Positions 14,131 through 33,188 of a DNA stretch of 64,000 nucleotides are shown here, piece after piece. Made by a program: the position numbers and the translations under genes. The stretch's first letter is position 1, and each line of letters opens with the position of its first letter. This DNA is from the human T2T-CHM13v2.0 reference genome, Homo sapiens: assembly GCF_009914755.1 (NCBI RefSeq), contig NC_060930.1; one strand, 5' to 3'. The notes beneath the pieces are model-generated. The model saw only the letters and a list, made by a program, of their open reading frames with translations. It was not told the DNA's origin and searched no databases.

Positions 14131-17100
14131 ATGGCTGCAAGGACTCTGAGTGGAAACACCATTTTCATATTTGCCACCCCTTAGAAACAGGAGAGATCTA
14201 TTTCCTAGCTATTTCAAGTCTCCCAAGCTAAACAACAGGTTGCTGCCATATATATTTTAAAACCTTGAGTCCTGACTTCTAGATCCAGGCTCTGGCTCAG
14301 CCACTCATTAACTTATGATCCTAGGCAAATTTGCCTTCTTCCTTTTGGTCTAAATTTTCCCTTCCCTAAGAATGTGATGGCTGCTGGCAACACCATACAG
14401 TAGGATCATGGCTCATATGGTAAGGCACTCGCTGAGCCTCACTTTCCTAACTGGAAACTGAGGAGACAGTAGACCTTTGTGGTTCTGTTGGCCCCTCCTC
14501 TCTCCTCCTCTTCCTCTGGTAATACCAGCCCCACTCTTTTGAGGAACTTCTCCTGCCTCCTCCACTTGGTTACTTTTGGCTGCATCAGGACCTCCATGAC
14601 AGCAGCAGGGGCACCAAGGAAGAGGTGAGCCAACAACCGAACCACAAAAGGATGTGAGGCCAACACAGATGTCAGAATGAGTTTTGGGCCATCCTGACTG
14701 TCTGAATGTCCCTGAATTCACACTCATCTTTCCGTATGTGTGTATTAATAAACCCCCTTCTTTGCTTGAAAGTAATAACTACAACTCCCCTCTGACCCCC
14801 GCACTCCTGATAAAGAAAATCAAAGACCAAAATCAAAGCCAAACTTCTTTCTATCAATTTTGCTCAGGGCCGGCAGTCAATGGAAGCAAACCGTCTCTGG
14901 CTTGGTCTTAACCCCTCCCTCTAGCCCTGTGCCAAGAAACTCATGCAGCGATCACACATTTAAAGCTTACAGAGGAGTCTAAAAGAAGGAGTAATTACCA
15001 ACATCAAGGGGTCATTATGGGGGCCACTTCTTAGGTTTGAATTATTTGTACACTGATGTCCAAACAATGACAAAAATAGGCTTTCATTGAAACAGGAGAG
15101 ATTTATAGCCACCAAGAAAAGAAAATAAATTTTCACTTGCCAGAGTGCTAAATGGAGGACTAAGACTAGTAGTAGTGTTTCTATCCCAGTATCTTCTGGA
15201 ATAAAGGATCAAGGCCCTTTTAAGCCCCCAGCCCTCCATTTTGATGAGTATGTTGAGCTAGATGCTTTCACTTGCCTTTCTCTCTCTGCCCAAAAGTAAG
15301 GCTCTCTGGTGATGGGGGGCATCATAGTGGGGCCTTGAATGTTTGCTGTGTGCTATTGGGGTCTCTGAGGCTCACTTTTCCTCGGGCACCCATGGTTACC
15401 TCTACTAGTTTGGGTGAGACCCCAACCAAGAAGCTAGGGAACAGGCCCAAATAAAACCACACAGGGAAGAATGAAGAGATGAAGACTATTACAAGAAAGA
15501 CATCAACTTGTACTTACGAGATGACTAGACAATGAAACATGCTTCTGGCACTGACCGGCTGGCTGGCTGTGTCTGTGGTGACTTTGGGGAATTCTGTGAG
15601 AGCATGCCAGCATGCCAGGCAGAGGTCAGGCCTAAGGGCTTGTTTTCAAAACCTATGAAGTAGAACCAAAGGAAAAGTGGCTTGGAGCACCAGGAACTCA
15701 ATCACACAGCACTTGGAAACCCAAGGGAGGCATTAGAGTAAGGAGTAAAGGCCCAGAAGTGGTTGTTTTGAAAGCAATTCAGAGAAAGAAGGATTTCCTT
15801 TTTCACTGTATAGCCTTTTATACTGTCTGAATTATTAACCAAGGCCATGTAATTATAACAAAAAGAAATTGGTTTACAGTTTTGAATTATTAAAAATGAA
15901 TTTTTCTTTTCTACTCAATTCCTACAAGTTCAGATCCTTGGCTTTGCTGGAGGTCAGGGGGAAAAGTCATCCCACACGGGAAGCAGGTGCAGGGTTTCCA
16001 GTGAAAAGCCTCTTCTCCCAATCCATATTACTCTGTCTTTTTCATCATCTGGTAGCTGGCTGGCAATGGCTTGCTCAGGGTGGGGAATGAGGTGGGACGA
16101 CAAGCTGAATACTAATCTCCAGGTTGGGATTTGACCACTCTGGGAGCTGGAGCTCAGGTCTACATGGACTGGCTTGGGGGGATGCTGAATGGCCTGGGTT
16201 ATCAGAAAAAACCCTGTTGCTCAGTCCATCATCTGAAGAGAAGAAGAAGAATGAATGGGGCAGAAGGTAATGTAGGGAATGGTTATGCCGTGTAGTGGCC
16301 CTGAGGAAATGGCATGAAGTCTGGTGGTAATTAAGTCATTTCACAAGGAAGGACATATACCTGGATACACACTCAGCTGTTAATAAAGTGTGCAACCCGG
16401 GATGGAATGTCCCAGCAGGAGTTGGAAGCTGATAGAGTTGTGTGCCCCAAACCACTGGCAGATCAGAGACCTTGCTTCAGACCAGAGACCACCAGGAACT
16501 ACAATTATGCCTACAACATCATCCTGAATATATGCTCTGCGACAAAGTCAGCTCTTCTGCCTCCCATCAAACAAGCCCCAACATGAGGCTGAGTTTCAAA
16601 TTTTACAGTTTAGAACATAATAGGTACCCTTAAAGAAAGAGTTCAAGGTTGCAGAGAGCTACGATTGCACCACTGCACTCCAGCCTGGGTGACAGAGGAC
16701 CCTGTATCTTAAAAAAAAAAAAATGTATCAAGGCTGGGGAGTCTTTTGTTCAGCTTGTATAAGTAGTATTTGTCAGTTATATTATTATATCTTAATCTCA
16801 GTGCTACTTGGAATTGTTTCATCATAGCAAAATTCAGTCTTGGGTGGCTCTGTTAGGTGGAAAAGTGTTGTCTAAATATCCAACTTTTTTTCAGGGTTTC
16901 AGAATGAACATTCTCTGTTCCCCACACATCCCTGTAAGATTTACTAGCATCAGCCAATGTCTAACTCTTAATTTGTCATTTGCCACTTTTTTTCTTACCC
17001 CAAGTACTCAGCAATTATGGTGGGTGTTGGAGAGATCCTTCCCTGCAAATTGCTGGTCCCTGTTCCCTCAATGGTCCCAATCTTGATGCAGACAGAAGAA

Positions 17101-17398
17101 CAGGGTTATATGTGGGCCCCTGCCCTACATATATCTGGCTCCTATTTATTTATACAGAACATTTATTTCATAAAAGTTGTAGACTATCATCCACAACTGA
17201 CAAACTTTAAAAAGCCACACACATCTGAATGATTTTATACTACATTTAATCAGCGTTGCTGTTAATGGCAGCATGGTTTTGTTCTTTTCAGACACTTTGC
17301 TCCTGGGATCTACAGTTTGCTTCTATTATCCTCTGCAGACAGCACATGCTGGTGCTGTGACTGGATCATCATGTTTGTCATCACGCAACCTGCTGCCA

Positions 17399-17520
17399 TT
17401 AGAGCAGCACTATCTTCCTGGCAAGTTCAACATAGTGGGTATCGGGGGTGGCTTCCTCTGACTCCCAGGCTGCAGGAACTTCTTAATTGTAGGGATGTTG
17501 CTGATTCTTGTTTTAAATGC
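17399..17520 (-). pseudogene. GST pseudogene last coding exon
   Basis: tttcag|[25 protein letters not shown], 1-nt deletion, then [14 protein letters not shown]. Minus-strand AATAAA hexamers at 17145-17150 and 17162-17167. Confidence 0.9.
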
Positions 17521-17714
17521 CTGAAATAAGAAAGAGTAAAATCAGGGCCTCAATAGCAGTCACAACCTTTAAGAAAAATCTCAACTTTGTCATGAATGAA
17601 GGGTGCTTAGACCTCAGTTTATGGAGTACAGTGTACTGAATCTGCTTAATCCCTCAACAAGTGTTTGCTGGGTATTTCTGGGATGGATAATAATACAACT
17701 GCTGACATGTTTAG

Positions 17715-21296
<3,582 letters not shown>

Positions 21297-21405
21297 CAAT
21301 GTTCTTAAGTTTCTTTTGAGATTGGCCTAAAGGCACATTTTGCTTCAGTCTTTGTTCATTTTTTTCTGGGCTTTGTGTGGATGTTAATACACTACCTTTA
21401 GCAGA

Positions 21406-22473
21406 GTTGCGGGAAGTCAGGGACCCCAAATGGAGGGATCGGCTGAAGCCATGGCAGAAGAACATGGATTGTGAAGATTTCATGGACATTTATTAGTTCC
21501 CCAAATTAATACTTTTATAATTTCTTATGCCTGCCTTTACTGCAATCTCTAAACATAAATTGTGAAGATTTCATGGACACTTATCACTTCCCCAGTCAAT
21601 ACCCTTGTGATTTCCTATGCCTGTCTTTACTTTAATCTCTTAATCCTGTCAGCTGAGGAGGATGTATGTCGCCTCAGACCATGTGATAATTGCCTTAACT
21701 GCACAAATTGTACAGCATGTGTGTTTGAGCAATATGAAATCTGGGTACCTTGAAAAAAGAACAAGATAACAGCAATTGTTCAGGGAATAAGAGAGAGAAC
21801 CTTAAACTCTGACCGCCAGTGACCCGGATGGAACAGAGCCATATTTCTCTTCCTTCAAAAGCAAATGGGAGAAATATCACTGAATTCTTTTTCTCAGCAA
21901 GGAACATCCCTGGGAAAGAGAATACACGCCTGGAGGTATAGGCCTATAAATGGCCCCCCCAGGTGTGCCTGTCTTTTATGGTCGAGACTGCAGGGGTGAA
22001 ATAGACCCCAGTCTCCCATAGTGCTCCCAGGCTTATTAGGAAGAGGAAATTCCCACCTAATAAATTTTGGTCAGACAAGTTGATCTCAAAACCCTGTCTT
22101 CTGATAAGATGTTATCAATGACAATGGTGCCCAAAACTTCATTAGCAATTTTAATTTCGCCTCGGTCCTGTGGTCCTGTGATCTCTCCCTGCCTCCACTT
22201 GCCTTGTGATATTCTATTACCTTGTAAAGTACTTGATGTCTGTGACCCACACCTATTCGCACACTCCCTCCCCTTTTGAAAATCGCTAATAAAAACTTGC
22301 TGGTTTTTGCGGTTTGTGGGGCATCATGGAACCTACCGACATGTGATGTCTCCCCCGGATGCCCAGCTTTAAAATTTCTCTCTTTTGTACTCTGTCCCTT
22401 TATTTCTCAAGCTGGCCAATGCTTAAGGAAAATAGAAAAGAACCTAAGTGACTATCGGGGCAGGTTCCCTGAT
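21406..22473 (+). mobile_element. MER11 (HERV-K HML-8) solo LTR
   Basis: Starts GTTGCGGGAAGTCAGGGACCCCAAATGGAGGG, has internal repeats GATTGTGAAGATTTCATGGACA and ends GGGGCAGGTTCCCTGAT. Confidence 0.88.
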
Positions 22474-22474
22474 T

Positions 22475-22832
<358 letters not shown>

Positions 22833-22843
<11 letters not shown>

Positions 22844-22964
22844 GGAAGTCAGAAAGAACAGAAGCTTTGAGTTCTTCCACCATTAAAATAGCTTCTAACA
22901 GCTGTATGTCTGCCCAGCTGAATTTGTTGCCAACAAGAAAATCCTCTCCATGGTCTTTCAAAAT
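22833..22964 (-). pseudogene. GST pseudogene coding exon 5 (132 nt, intact frame)
   Basis: ctgtag|ILKDHGEDFLVGNKFSWADIQLLEAILMVEELKASVLSDFPLLK|gtagtg. Confidence 0.93.
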
Positions 22965-23814
22965 CTACAGAAAGAAAAATAATAAAGAATATCAAATGAG
23001 AGTAAAAACCATTTTGCATGGCTAAATACTTAACAAGAGCATGAAGCCTTTGTACTGATTAGATTTAATAAAGAATCTTAACAACAACAACAACAACAAA
23101 TCTCCAGTGCTGGTAAGAATAGGATGAAACCAACACTCTAACACATGCTGTAAACTGGCACAATTTTTTTGGGGAAGTTTTTGCCAGTGATTATCGAGTC
23201 CTTTTGGGTGGTGAAATGCTAGTACTGGGCTCCTATTATAAACCTGGAGGTGGCTAAGCAAAATTGTATCCACCAGTGTAGAGAGACACAAAAGTTACAA
23301 CTAGCTTAAACCTGCTGGCTATACCACCAGTAGAAACAAGTGACCAATGTGATCCCACAAGTCCAAACCAGAGCCACATAGAAAGCTAATTTTTCACTAT
23401 CCAGTGAAGAGTGAATATTTAGAAATCTCTCAGGTGCATCTTTATGCACCAGATGCATATGGGTATACTTGATAAATAATGAGCAAAGGTAAATTCAAGT
23501 GCTATGTATCTTCTCGTAATATATGCAAGAATAAAAATAAATGTTAGTGTGGATGGGGAAAAATCGCCAGAATCAGTGAATTCTATAGTATAAACACTTG
23601 ATGGGCTATATCAAATAAATGAAATAGGACTCCTGCTAAAGACAAACTCACAGCTAAAAATTACACAGCATATAAGGAAACCCAAAGTCATCTATGAGAC
23701 AGAGGTAACAGACTGATGAAAAAGGAGAATTTTGAACCACAGAGCCAAAAATAAGAGTTGATTCTGTAAAGGGTTAAAAATGTTTTCAAATGTTCAAAGA
23801 GATGATAAAAAGGT

Positions 23815-24210
23815 GTTGTGGGTGAGTAACGACCATCTGGGCTGGTGGCACGGGGGTAAAAGAATTTACCAAGATAGTTGTAAAGAAAGGCAGATTTGTT
23901 CAAGAAAGTAGGAAACTTTGTTGTGAGGAGGCAATGGGCAGGATCTGCAGAAGAGAAGCTGACTGCAAAGAAACAAAGGCTTGCTGGAGATTTTATAGAT
24001 AGTGTCTATGCTGTCTGCAAAAGGGGACTTTGTGCAGTACTGATAACGCCGTGATTGAAGTGAGCTGACTTGCAGGTGTCTGGTGATAGTTGGGAACGGG
24101 AAGATTGTGAGTTATTTGCACAGGAGTATTATGTGTCTTGGACCATGAAGAAAGACAGACTTGTAGCTTACTGCTTTCTCTTTTTGCTTTTCCCTGCTCC
24201 CACTTTTCCC
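23815..24210. mobile_element. Probable ERV1-class LTR fragment inside old L1 sequence
   Basis: LTR-like composition (TGTTGTGGGTGAGTAACGACCATCTGGGCTGG..GGTAAAAGAATTTACCAAG) interrupting A-rich L1-like sequence; family not identified. Confidence 0.4.
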
Positions 24211-24604
24211 TAAGTAGTACTCCACAAAAGGCATATAGAAAGAAAGAGCATATGGATTTGAAGAAGATACAAATAAAGTTTTGAAATGAAAAATATAAAC
24301 ATTAATATAATAAAAACTCCATGGAGAAAGTGAAAAAAATCAGTAATTTGACAAACACATCTAAGGAGGCAGAGATCAAAAATATGAAAGAAGGTAAGAG
24401 ACAAGTAACACAGAATGAAGCTTCAACATAAAGCTAACAGGAGCCCAGAGGGACAAAATAGAATAGGAAAGTGGTGATTTTCAATGCTATTTGTTAGAGA
24501 ATTTTCCAGAACAAAAAAAGAAGGGAGAATCCTCAGATTGAAAAAGGAACACTAAGCAGATAAGCACAAACCTAGAAGTAAACACACAGTGTTGAATGTG
24601 TATC

Positions 24605-24770
24605 AGACAGCCTGGGCAACATGGCAAAACCCCATCTTTACAACACACACACACAAAATAGGTTGGTGTGGTGACTCACACCTGTAATCCCAGAACACTG
24701 GGAGGCCCAGGTGGGTGAATCTTTTGAGCCTAGGAGTGTGAGACAAGCCTGGGCAACATGGAGAAACCCC

Positions 24771-24813
<43 letters not shown>

Positions 24814-24930
24814 CGCTTGGTGTGGTGACTCACACCTGTAATCCCAGAACACTGGGAGGCCCAGGTGGGCGAATCTTTTGAGCCCAGGAGTTTGAGACCA
24901 GCCTGGGCAACATGGAGAGACCCCATCTAT

Positions 24931-24975
<45 letters not shown>

Positions 24976-25100
24976 CTCAGCCTGGCTCAGCGGCATGCGC
25001 CTTAGTCCCAGTTACTCAGGAGGCTGAGGTGGATTGTTAGGTCCAAGAGGTCGAGGCTAAAGTGAGCTATGATCACTCCAGCCTGGGCAACAGAGTGAGA

Positions 25101-25149
<49 letters not shown>

Positions 25150-25200
25150 TGTGTGTGTCTGTGTGAGAGAGAGAGAGAGAGAGAAAGGGAGGGAGAGAGG
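24605..25200 (+). repeat. Alu with tandemly repeated left monomers separated by (CA)n, ending in a (GT)n(GA)n tail
   Basis: The unit GGTGTGGTGACTCACACCTGTAATCCCAGAACACTGGGAGGCCCAGG..CCCCATCT(AC)n occurs twice in full plus one partial copy. Confidence 0.85.
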
Positions 25201-25208
25201 GACGAAGG

Positions 25209-26224
25209 TGAAGGGGTGGCCTGCCCCTCCACACCTGTGGGTATTTCTAGTCAGGTGGGATGAGATACTGAGAAAAGAAATAAGACACAGAGACAAAGTA
25301 TAGAGAAACAACAGTGGGCCCAGGGGACCAGCGCTTAGCATACCAAGGACCTGCACCGGGACCGGTCTCTGAGTTCCCTCAGTTTTTATTGATTATTATT
25401 GTCATTATTTCAGCAAAAAGGAATGTAGTAGGAGGGCAGGGTGATAATAAGGAGAAGGTCAGCAACAAACATGTGAGCAATAGAATCTACGTCATACTTA
25501 AGTTCAAGGGAAGGTACTATGACTGGACGCGCTCGTAAGCCAGATTTATGTTTCCTTCCACCCAAACATCTCAGTGGGGTAAAGAATAACAAGGCAGCAT
25601 TGCTGCAAACATGTCTTACTTCCCACCATAGGGCAGTTTTTCTCTCATCTCAGAATTGAACAAATGTACAATCGGGTTTTATACGGAGACATTCAGTTCC
25701 CAGGAGCAGGCAGGAGACAGTGGCCTTCCTCTATCTCAACTGCAAGAGGCTTTCCTCTTCTACTAATCCACCTCAGCACAGACCCTTTACGGGTTTCGGG
25801 CAGGGGGACGGTCAAGTCTTTCTCATCCCACGAGGCCACATTTCAGACTATCACATGGGGAGAAACCTTGGACAATACCCCGCTTTTAATGGCAGAGGTC
25901 CCTGTGGCTTTCCACAATGCATTGAGCCCCTGGTTTATTGAGACTAGAGAATGGCGATGACTTTTACCAACTATACTGCTTGTAAACATTTTGTTAACAA
26001 GGCACGTCCTGCACAGCCCTGGATCCCTTAAAACTTGACTTCATACAACACATGTTTTTGTGAGCTCCAGGTTGGGTCAAAGTGGCTGGGGCAAAGCTAC
26101 AAATTAACAACATCTCAGCAAAGCAATTGTTCAAAGTATGGGTATTTTTCAAAATGGAGTCTTTTATGTCTTCCCTTTCTACACAGACACAGTAACAGTC
26201 TGATCTCTCTTTCTTTTCCCTACA
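25209..26224 (-). mobile_element. HERV-K(HML-2) older solo LTR (LTR5A-like, 1016 bp)
   Basis: The minus strand starts TGTAGGGAAAAGAAAGAGAGATCAGACTG and ends GGCCACCCCTTCA; clear homology to the LTR5_Hs at 197-1156; TSD degenerate (CGAAGG / GGAAGA). Confidence 0.85.
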
Positions 26225-26289
26225 GGAAGAGAGGGAAGGAAGGAAGGAAAAGAAAGAAAAGGAAAGAAAGGAAAGAAAGAAAGAAGAAA

Positions 26290-27350
26290 GTATACTATAT
26301 ACCAGACAAGGAGAAAATCTAAAATGAGAAAAAAGATAAATATAATGCCATCAGAAGAAAAATAACCACACTAATGGAAGACTTCTAAAAAGCAAAAATC
26401 TAGGCCAGAAGAAATAATAATATCTTCGGAGTGTTGAAGTAAAATAATTATTAATCTAGAATTCTATAACCATCTAAATAATTATTTTAGTGTAAAGGTA
26501 AAAATAAAGATATTTTCTAGCAAAGACTGAAAGAGTTAACCACTTACAGACCTTTCCTGAAAGAACTCCAAAAAAAATGTTCTTCCCTTAGAAGGAAAAA
26601 GCACCCAGAAGAAAGGCATGAGAAGCAAGGAGCAATGGTGAGCCAAGGAATCAGTTAAATGTGTTGATAAATATACATAAGTAGTGGCTTAAAAAAAAAT
26701 TAGAAGAAGTTTAAAAACACGTTGGATCTAAACTATTATTTAACAAAAACAGAAACAGAAAGAAAAGTTTGGAAAAAAGTTGAATCTTTGTCCTATCAAG
26801 AGAAGGATAAATATTAATAGTTTCAGAAAGAAATGTTTACCTTCTGAACCATAGAAGAAAAGTTGGGAATAAAGAAAACCAGATCATCTACCAGGATCTA
26901 GAAAAACAGAGGAAAACTCAAAGAAAAGTTTTGTTTTTGTAAATAGAATAAATAAAATAAAGCGAAAGGGGTAAATACAAATGTATTAGCAATGACAAGA
27001 TATTTGCCTATAAGGCTCAAAAACATAAAGTTGGTTGATAAAAACAAGTAGTAGAATAAACTTATAGTATGATGCTATGTACATAAAAATATTTTAAGAT
27101 CCACACTGTAAACACTTTTAAAACAGCTCAAAGCCAGGTCTCAATTTTTAAAAATGAAGAGAAAGAACTTACATCAAATTTCTGATAGTGGTTGCCTCTG
27201 AGAAGGGAGAGAGGAAGGGTATAATGTTTGAGTACAGTTCAAAGGAGGATTTAGCTATCTATACACATTTGTTTTAAGGAGAAAGTAAAGTTCCTAAGCA
27301 AGAAAATAAAAGTACTGACATTTGTTACTGCCAAGTAGTAGGTACATAGC
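26290..27350 (+). mobile_element. Old L1 fragment (ORF1 end/ORF2 start-like)
   Basis: A-rich; contains CTAGAATTCTATAACCATC..AAATAAAGATATTTT..AAAGACTGAAAGAGTT, typical of decayed L1M ORF1 3' sequence. Confidence 0.5.
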
Positions 27351-27378
27351 AGTTCTGCTTCTGAAAATATTTTAAATA

Positions 27379-27772
27379 CAGTTGACCCTTGAACAACACA
27401 GGTTTGAACTATACAGGTCCACTTATACATGAATTTTCTTCCACTTCTGCCACCCCTGAGACAGCAAGACCAACCCCTCCTCTTTCTCCTCCTCAGCCTA
27501 CTCAATGTGAAGATGATGAGGATGAAGACCTTTATGATGATCCATTTCCACTTAATGAATAGTAAATATATTTTCTCTTCTTTATGATTTTCTTAATAAA
27601 GTTTTTTCTTTAGCTTACTTTGAATACAGTACTTAATACATATAGCTACAAAATATGTGTTAATCCACTGTTTATGTTATCAGTAAGGCTTCCATTCAAC
27701 AGTAGGCTATTCATAGTTTTTGAGAAGTCAAAATTATATGCCCCAACTCCCATGTTGATCAGTGGTTAATTG
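27379..27772. mobile_element. Tigger2a-like DNA transposon MITE
   Basis: TIR CAGTTGACCCTTGAACAACAC, a degenerate inverse at the right end, and TA flanks. Confidence 0.8.
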
Positions 27773-28698
27773 TAATGGAATACCAGGCAAAATTATCTTC
27801 TATATAATCATAATTATCTAAAAGTCCAAAAAACAAATAAAAATGTATTTATAGGGGAAAGACTAGGAGGAACCATATAAAAATAATACTGAGATTTATC
27901 TTTGGGTGGTGAGGATAGTAGTGGTTTCTTTCTACATTCTACAGTTCTGTCCTAATTTTTTATATAATGAACATCTACTTCTTATAAAATAATTTTTAAA
28001 ACTCACCTCATTTTCAGAAATAAAATTTGACATCTAAATACAAAAACTTGGACTTAATATATTTCAAAATACAGCATCTACATTATTGAATTGAAGTATT
28101 ATGTTGAAGTACAGTATTCTTTGATTTGGAAAAAGCAGTTTAGTTATCTAGTAATAGGTGAATCAGAGAAGCAGGGTTTGTTTTCTGCTCAGTATCATTC
28201 TCTTTCACACAGAGAAAAGGTCTATCCCAAAGCCCCAGAGAGAATGCTTTGTTTGAAACAGCAGCCTCCAGGATATATTCTCTTGATCAGAAGGAATATC
28301 ATGAAAAGATGGTTTGGCAACTAAAAAAATAACACAAGCCCAAGTCTCAATGGCAAGGGAGGGTGATATCACATTTTGAATAGTTCCCAGTTCTTTGACT
28401 CAACATAAGGAAATTAGTAAGTTTGTATTTAAATCCAAAACACAATCAAAATTATTTAGTACATTGTGTCTTACAGAATAGAAATAACATAGCCCTGGCC
28501 AAAGACTACACCCAAGTATTTAGCATCTACTTATTTCAGAAATAACAACTATGATATAAATGAATCATATAGTTCCACCTTCTTAAAAGATTCTCTGGGA
28601 ACAAACTATAATAGACACTAAGGTACATTTTCAAAAACTATTATATCCAACTCCAAGTTAAATAAAATAGTCTTATAAATGAGTGTTCTTTTAAATAA

Positions 28699-29642
<944 letters not shown>

Positions 29643-29948
29643 TTAGCCTCTAGTATTAGACCTAAAAAAATACCTGACAGTATTCAAGGTGGTCACATCT
29701 TGGTCTGATGTCTTAATTTAAAAGACAGAACAGAAATGCTGTATACTTTCATTGTACTTGGTATATTCCAACTCTATTTTGTTGGAGTTTCCATAATTTT
29801 ACCTGTAATTTGTTCTGGAATCCTTTTTAAAGTTTTGATCCAAAAGCAGTAAAGCTCTAACGTGGCCTCTGTGTGTCTTTTCAGATATTCACTCTTGAAA
29901 TATTCTCAGAAACAGAAAAGGTAAAAGCCCTGGATCCCTGAAGCCTAC

Positions 29949-30090
29949 CTTTTCAAAGGCAGGCAAGTACTGAGTTTTAGCTTTCTACATGATGGAAGCA
30001 AGGGTCTCCTGTTTTTCCTCAGGGGATTTGAAGGGGGCCACAATTATCATCATCGTCAGGTCCAGGGTGCCATCAACTTACATGTTGATC
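29949..30090 (-). pseudogene. GST pseudogene coding exon 4 (142 nt, two stops)
   Basis: gtcag|(R)INM*VDGTLDLTMMIIVAPFKSPEEKQETLASIM*KAKTQYLPAFEK|gtagg; TAA at 30078-30080 and TAG at 29985-29987. Confidence 0.92.
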
Positions 30091-30759
30091 CTGACAAAAC
30101 AACCATTTGACCCTCAGGTGGAGAGCTTTTGAGTACAGGGTTCTTAATCCAACACTTCTCTAGTACAAATAGATGCAGGAAAAAATAATTTTTATTTTTC
30201 CTCTTAAGCTTCCACTCTCATGAATGATTTCTAGCTCCAGAACCAGCCAAGTGCCCAGGATATAGTAGAGTCTCTGGAAATACTTATTGAATAAAAGGAT
30301 GTATGAAAGAATTCATGAATGCCCTTAAGTTGAAATCTGCCGTAAACAAATAATTGATTATTATGGCTTTAAAAACTAAACTCAATGAAGTTTATTAAAA
30401 CTACAAAACAATTAGTACCAGAACATTTTCACTTACTTAGAGAAGACAGATAATTTAACAGGTCTTCTGTTGACCTGGCAACTGAGAAAGAAAAGTTTAA
30501 TTTCCTAGTCAGGTCAAACTGTTGTATTTCCTTCCCTTTAAAGTTTTCCTTTCATTGCCAAGCACTAAATAAATCAATAAACAAACAAACCATAGTATCT
30601 ATATTTCCATTATTTACTGGCCTATTAGTACATTCATGCTGTGCTGGTTATGTCTTCAAGAGTGTCTTTGTATTCCCCATTATATGCTAATTGCTTAATG
30701 AATTTGTTTTAATGGTCTTCTGTAGTCTTTTTCTTTTTAACAGCATAAAAGAATAATGG

Positions 30760-31228
30760 AGCCAGGCTTAGTGGTACATCTATGGCCCAGCTATGAGGGA
30801 GGCTGAGATGGGAGGATTGCTTGAGCCCAGCAGTTTGAGTCTGGCCTGGGCAACATACTGAGATGCCATCTCTTAAAAATTAAAAAAAAAAAAAAAAGGC
30901 CTGGCATGGTAGCTCACACTGTAATCTCAGCGCTTTGGGAGGCCAAGGTGGGTGGATCACTTGAGGACAGGAGTTTGAGACCAGCCTGGCCAAAATGGTG
31001 AAACCTGTCTCTACTGAAAATACAAAAGTCAGCAGGGCGTGGTGGCACATGCATGTGGTCTCAGCTGCTTGGGAGGCTGAGGCAGGAGAATCACTTGAAC
31101 TCAGGAGGCAGAGGTTGCAGTGAGCCAAGATCATGCTAGTACACTGCAGCCTGGGCAACAGAGCATGACTCTGTCTCAAAAAAAAAAAAAAAAAAAAGAA
31201 AGAAAGAAAGAAAAAGAAAAAGAAAAAA
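30760..31228 (+). mobile_element. Alu monomer followed by a full Alu
   Basis: Alu consensus segments with A-rich tails. Confidence 0.8.
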
Positions 31229-31910
31229 TTGAGTAATATACTTTCATTGTCCTATTTGAATTACAAATAATTTTTCTTTCATGTTAGTGTCACCTAGCCC
31301 ACTTGCTTTAGTTTACTACAATTTATGGCTAACCCAAAGAAAAAGAATATTAACAACACCATCTATACCTTAGCATGTCTTAGAAAAAAACCAAGGAGAT
31401 TTTTAAAGACCAATTAAAAACTTTGCATCAAAACAATAAGAAACAGACTGTGTTTGCATATTTGTACTTATTTACAAAAGTACCATGTTCACATACTGTT
31501 TGACATTGCTTCTCTTGCCATATACCTTCAGAATTACAGGTTGGAATGACTAAGCCTGTTTTAAAGATGAAGATATGGGAAAGTTGGCATGGGCTGCTAC
31601 TTTTTATGGACGTTGCTCATTCCTATGTTATGTTCTTTCTCCTTTTTCTGAACAATTGAGCCCTGGGCTTTCTCCCTCAGCGTCTTCTGTGCATACTGAC
31701 CACCCACACTGTGTCCGTGCTCATAGTGATGACTGTTTAGGGACCTCTGAAAAGGCCCCAGGACCCCAAATCCCGGTAAGAGTTTATAGTTGCAAGTATT
31801 TGTTTTGTCTTAAGTCTAGTTATTTCTTATGAAACTAAACTATCCCCGTGAATAATTACCCAATCATTTTCTGACAGGCCTAGGACAGTGCCCAGTGTAG
31901 CATAGATGTT

Positions 31911-32403
31911 TGTGGTATACAGAGGTCAAAAAAAGGCCAAAAACTTCACCTTCTTGTATTTGTGATGAAACTTGGCAGCTCCTCCCATCAATAGATGGGG
32001 TCTATTTCCCAGTCTATTTGTGGCTTCCTTTAATGAGTGTAATGAGGTAGAAATGATGAGGTGCCAATTCTGAACCCAGAACTTAGGAGGCCAGTATGCT
32101 TTCACTCTCACTCTCAGAACTCTGCCTTGCTGCCATGAGAACAAGCTCAGGATGAGAGGATGAGAGATACATGGTCTATTCATATCCCAATTGATAGCCA
32201 ACACCCACGACCAGAGCTACCTAGCTAACTATAGACATGAGTGAGTGCAGCCTAGCTAAGTCAAGCTTGATCCAGATGGGCCACTCAGATACTTGCTCAC
32301 CCATAGACAGGTGAGCAATAACAAATGCTTGCTGATTTAAGTCACTGTGTTTCAAGGTGATATGTTTTAGAGCATTATTTATAGTCAACAGATCATTGAT
32401 ACA
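31911..32403 (+). mobile_element. MLT1-type MaLR LTR
   Basis: TGTGGTA start, CCTCCCATCAATAGATGGGGTCTATTTCCC core, and end AAATGCTTGC..TTTAAGTCACTG..GATACA. Confidence 0.6.
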
Positions 32404-32595
32404 ATGCTCAGTATGTGTGTGATGAATCAGTCATTTCTACCTTCATGTAGAATAGCTTACCAGTTTATTTTCTAAGAACATATTTTGTTAGGAGTGGGGA
32501 GAGAATAGGAGAATGTTGAATGCAGCATTCAGTGCACTATGAGTAGTACACAGAAAAGGGGGATGTGGAGTACTTATTAAGAGTAAGTACAAGGT

Positions 32596-32922
<327 letters not shown>

Positions 32923-33055
32923 TCATTTCCCCTTTGTCCCATTTGTCTTTTTTGTCTCAATCCAGATTGAAAGGTACACCTGAACCAGGTCTCAGTTGGT
33001 GGAGAAGTGAAGAAGCTTGTCTAAGAATCAAGTAGAGTAATGAACACTATGGTAC

Positions 33056-33188
33056 CTGACTTTTTCCCTCAGGTCCTTCCCATAGAAGTTGTACTTCTCA
33101 GCAAGATAGTTGAGGATGGCTCTAGTCTGCGTCAGCACCATTCCATCCATTTCAACCAAAGACACTTGGCCGAAAAGCAAGCATCCAT
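33056..33188 (-). pseudogene. GST pseudogene coding exon 3 (133 nt, intact frame)
   Basis: cacag|(D)[43 protein letters not shown](R)|gtacc. Confidence 0.93.
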
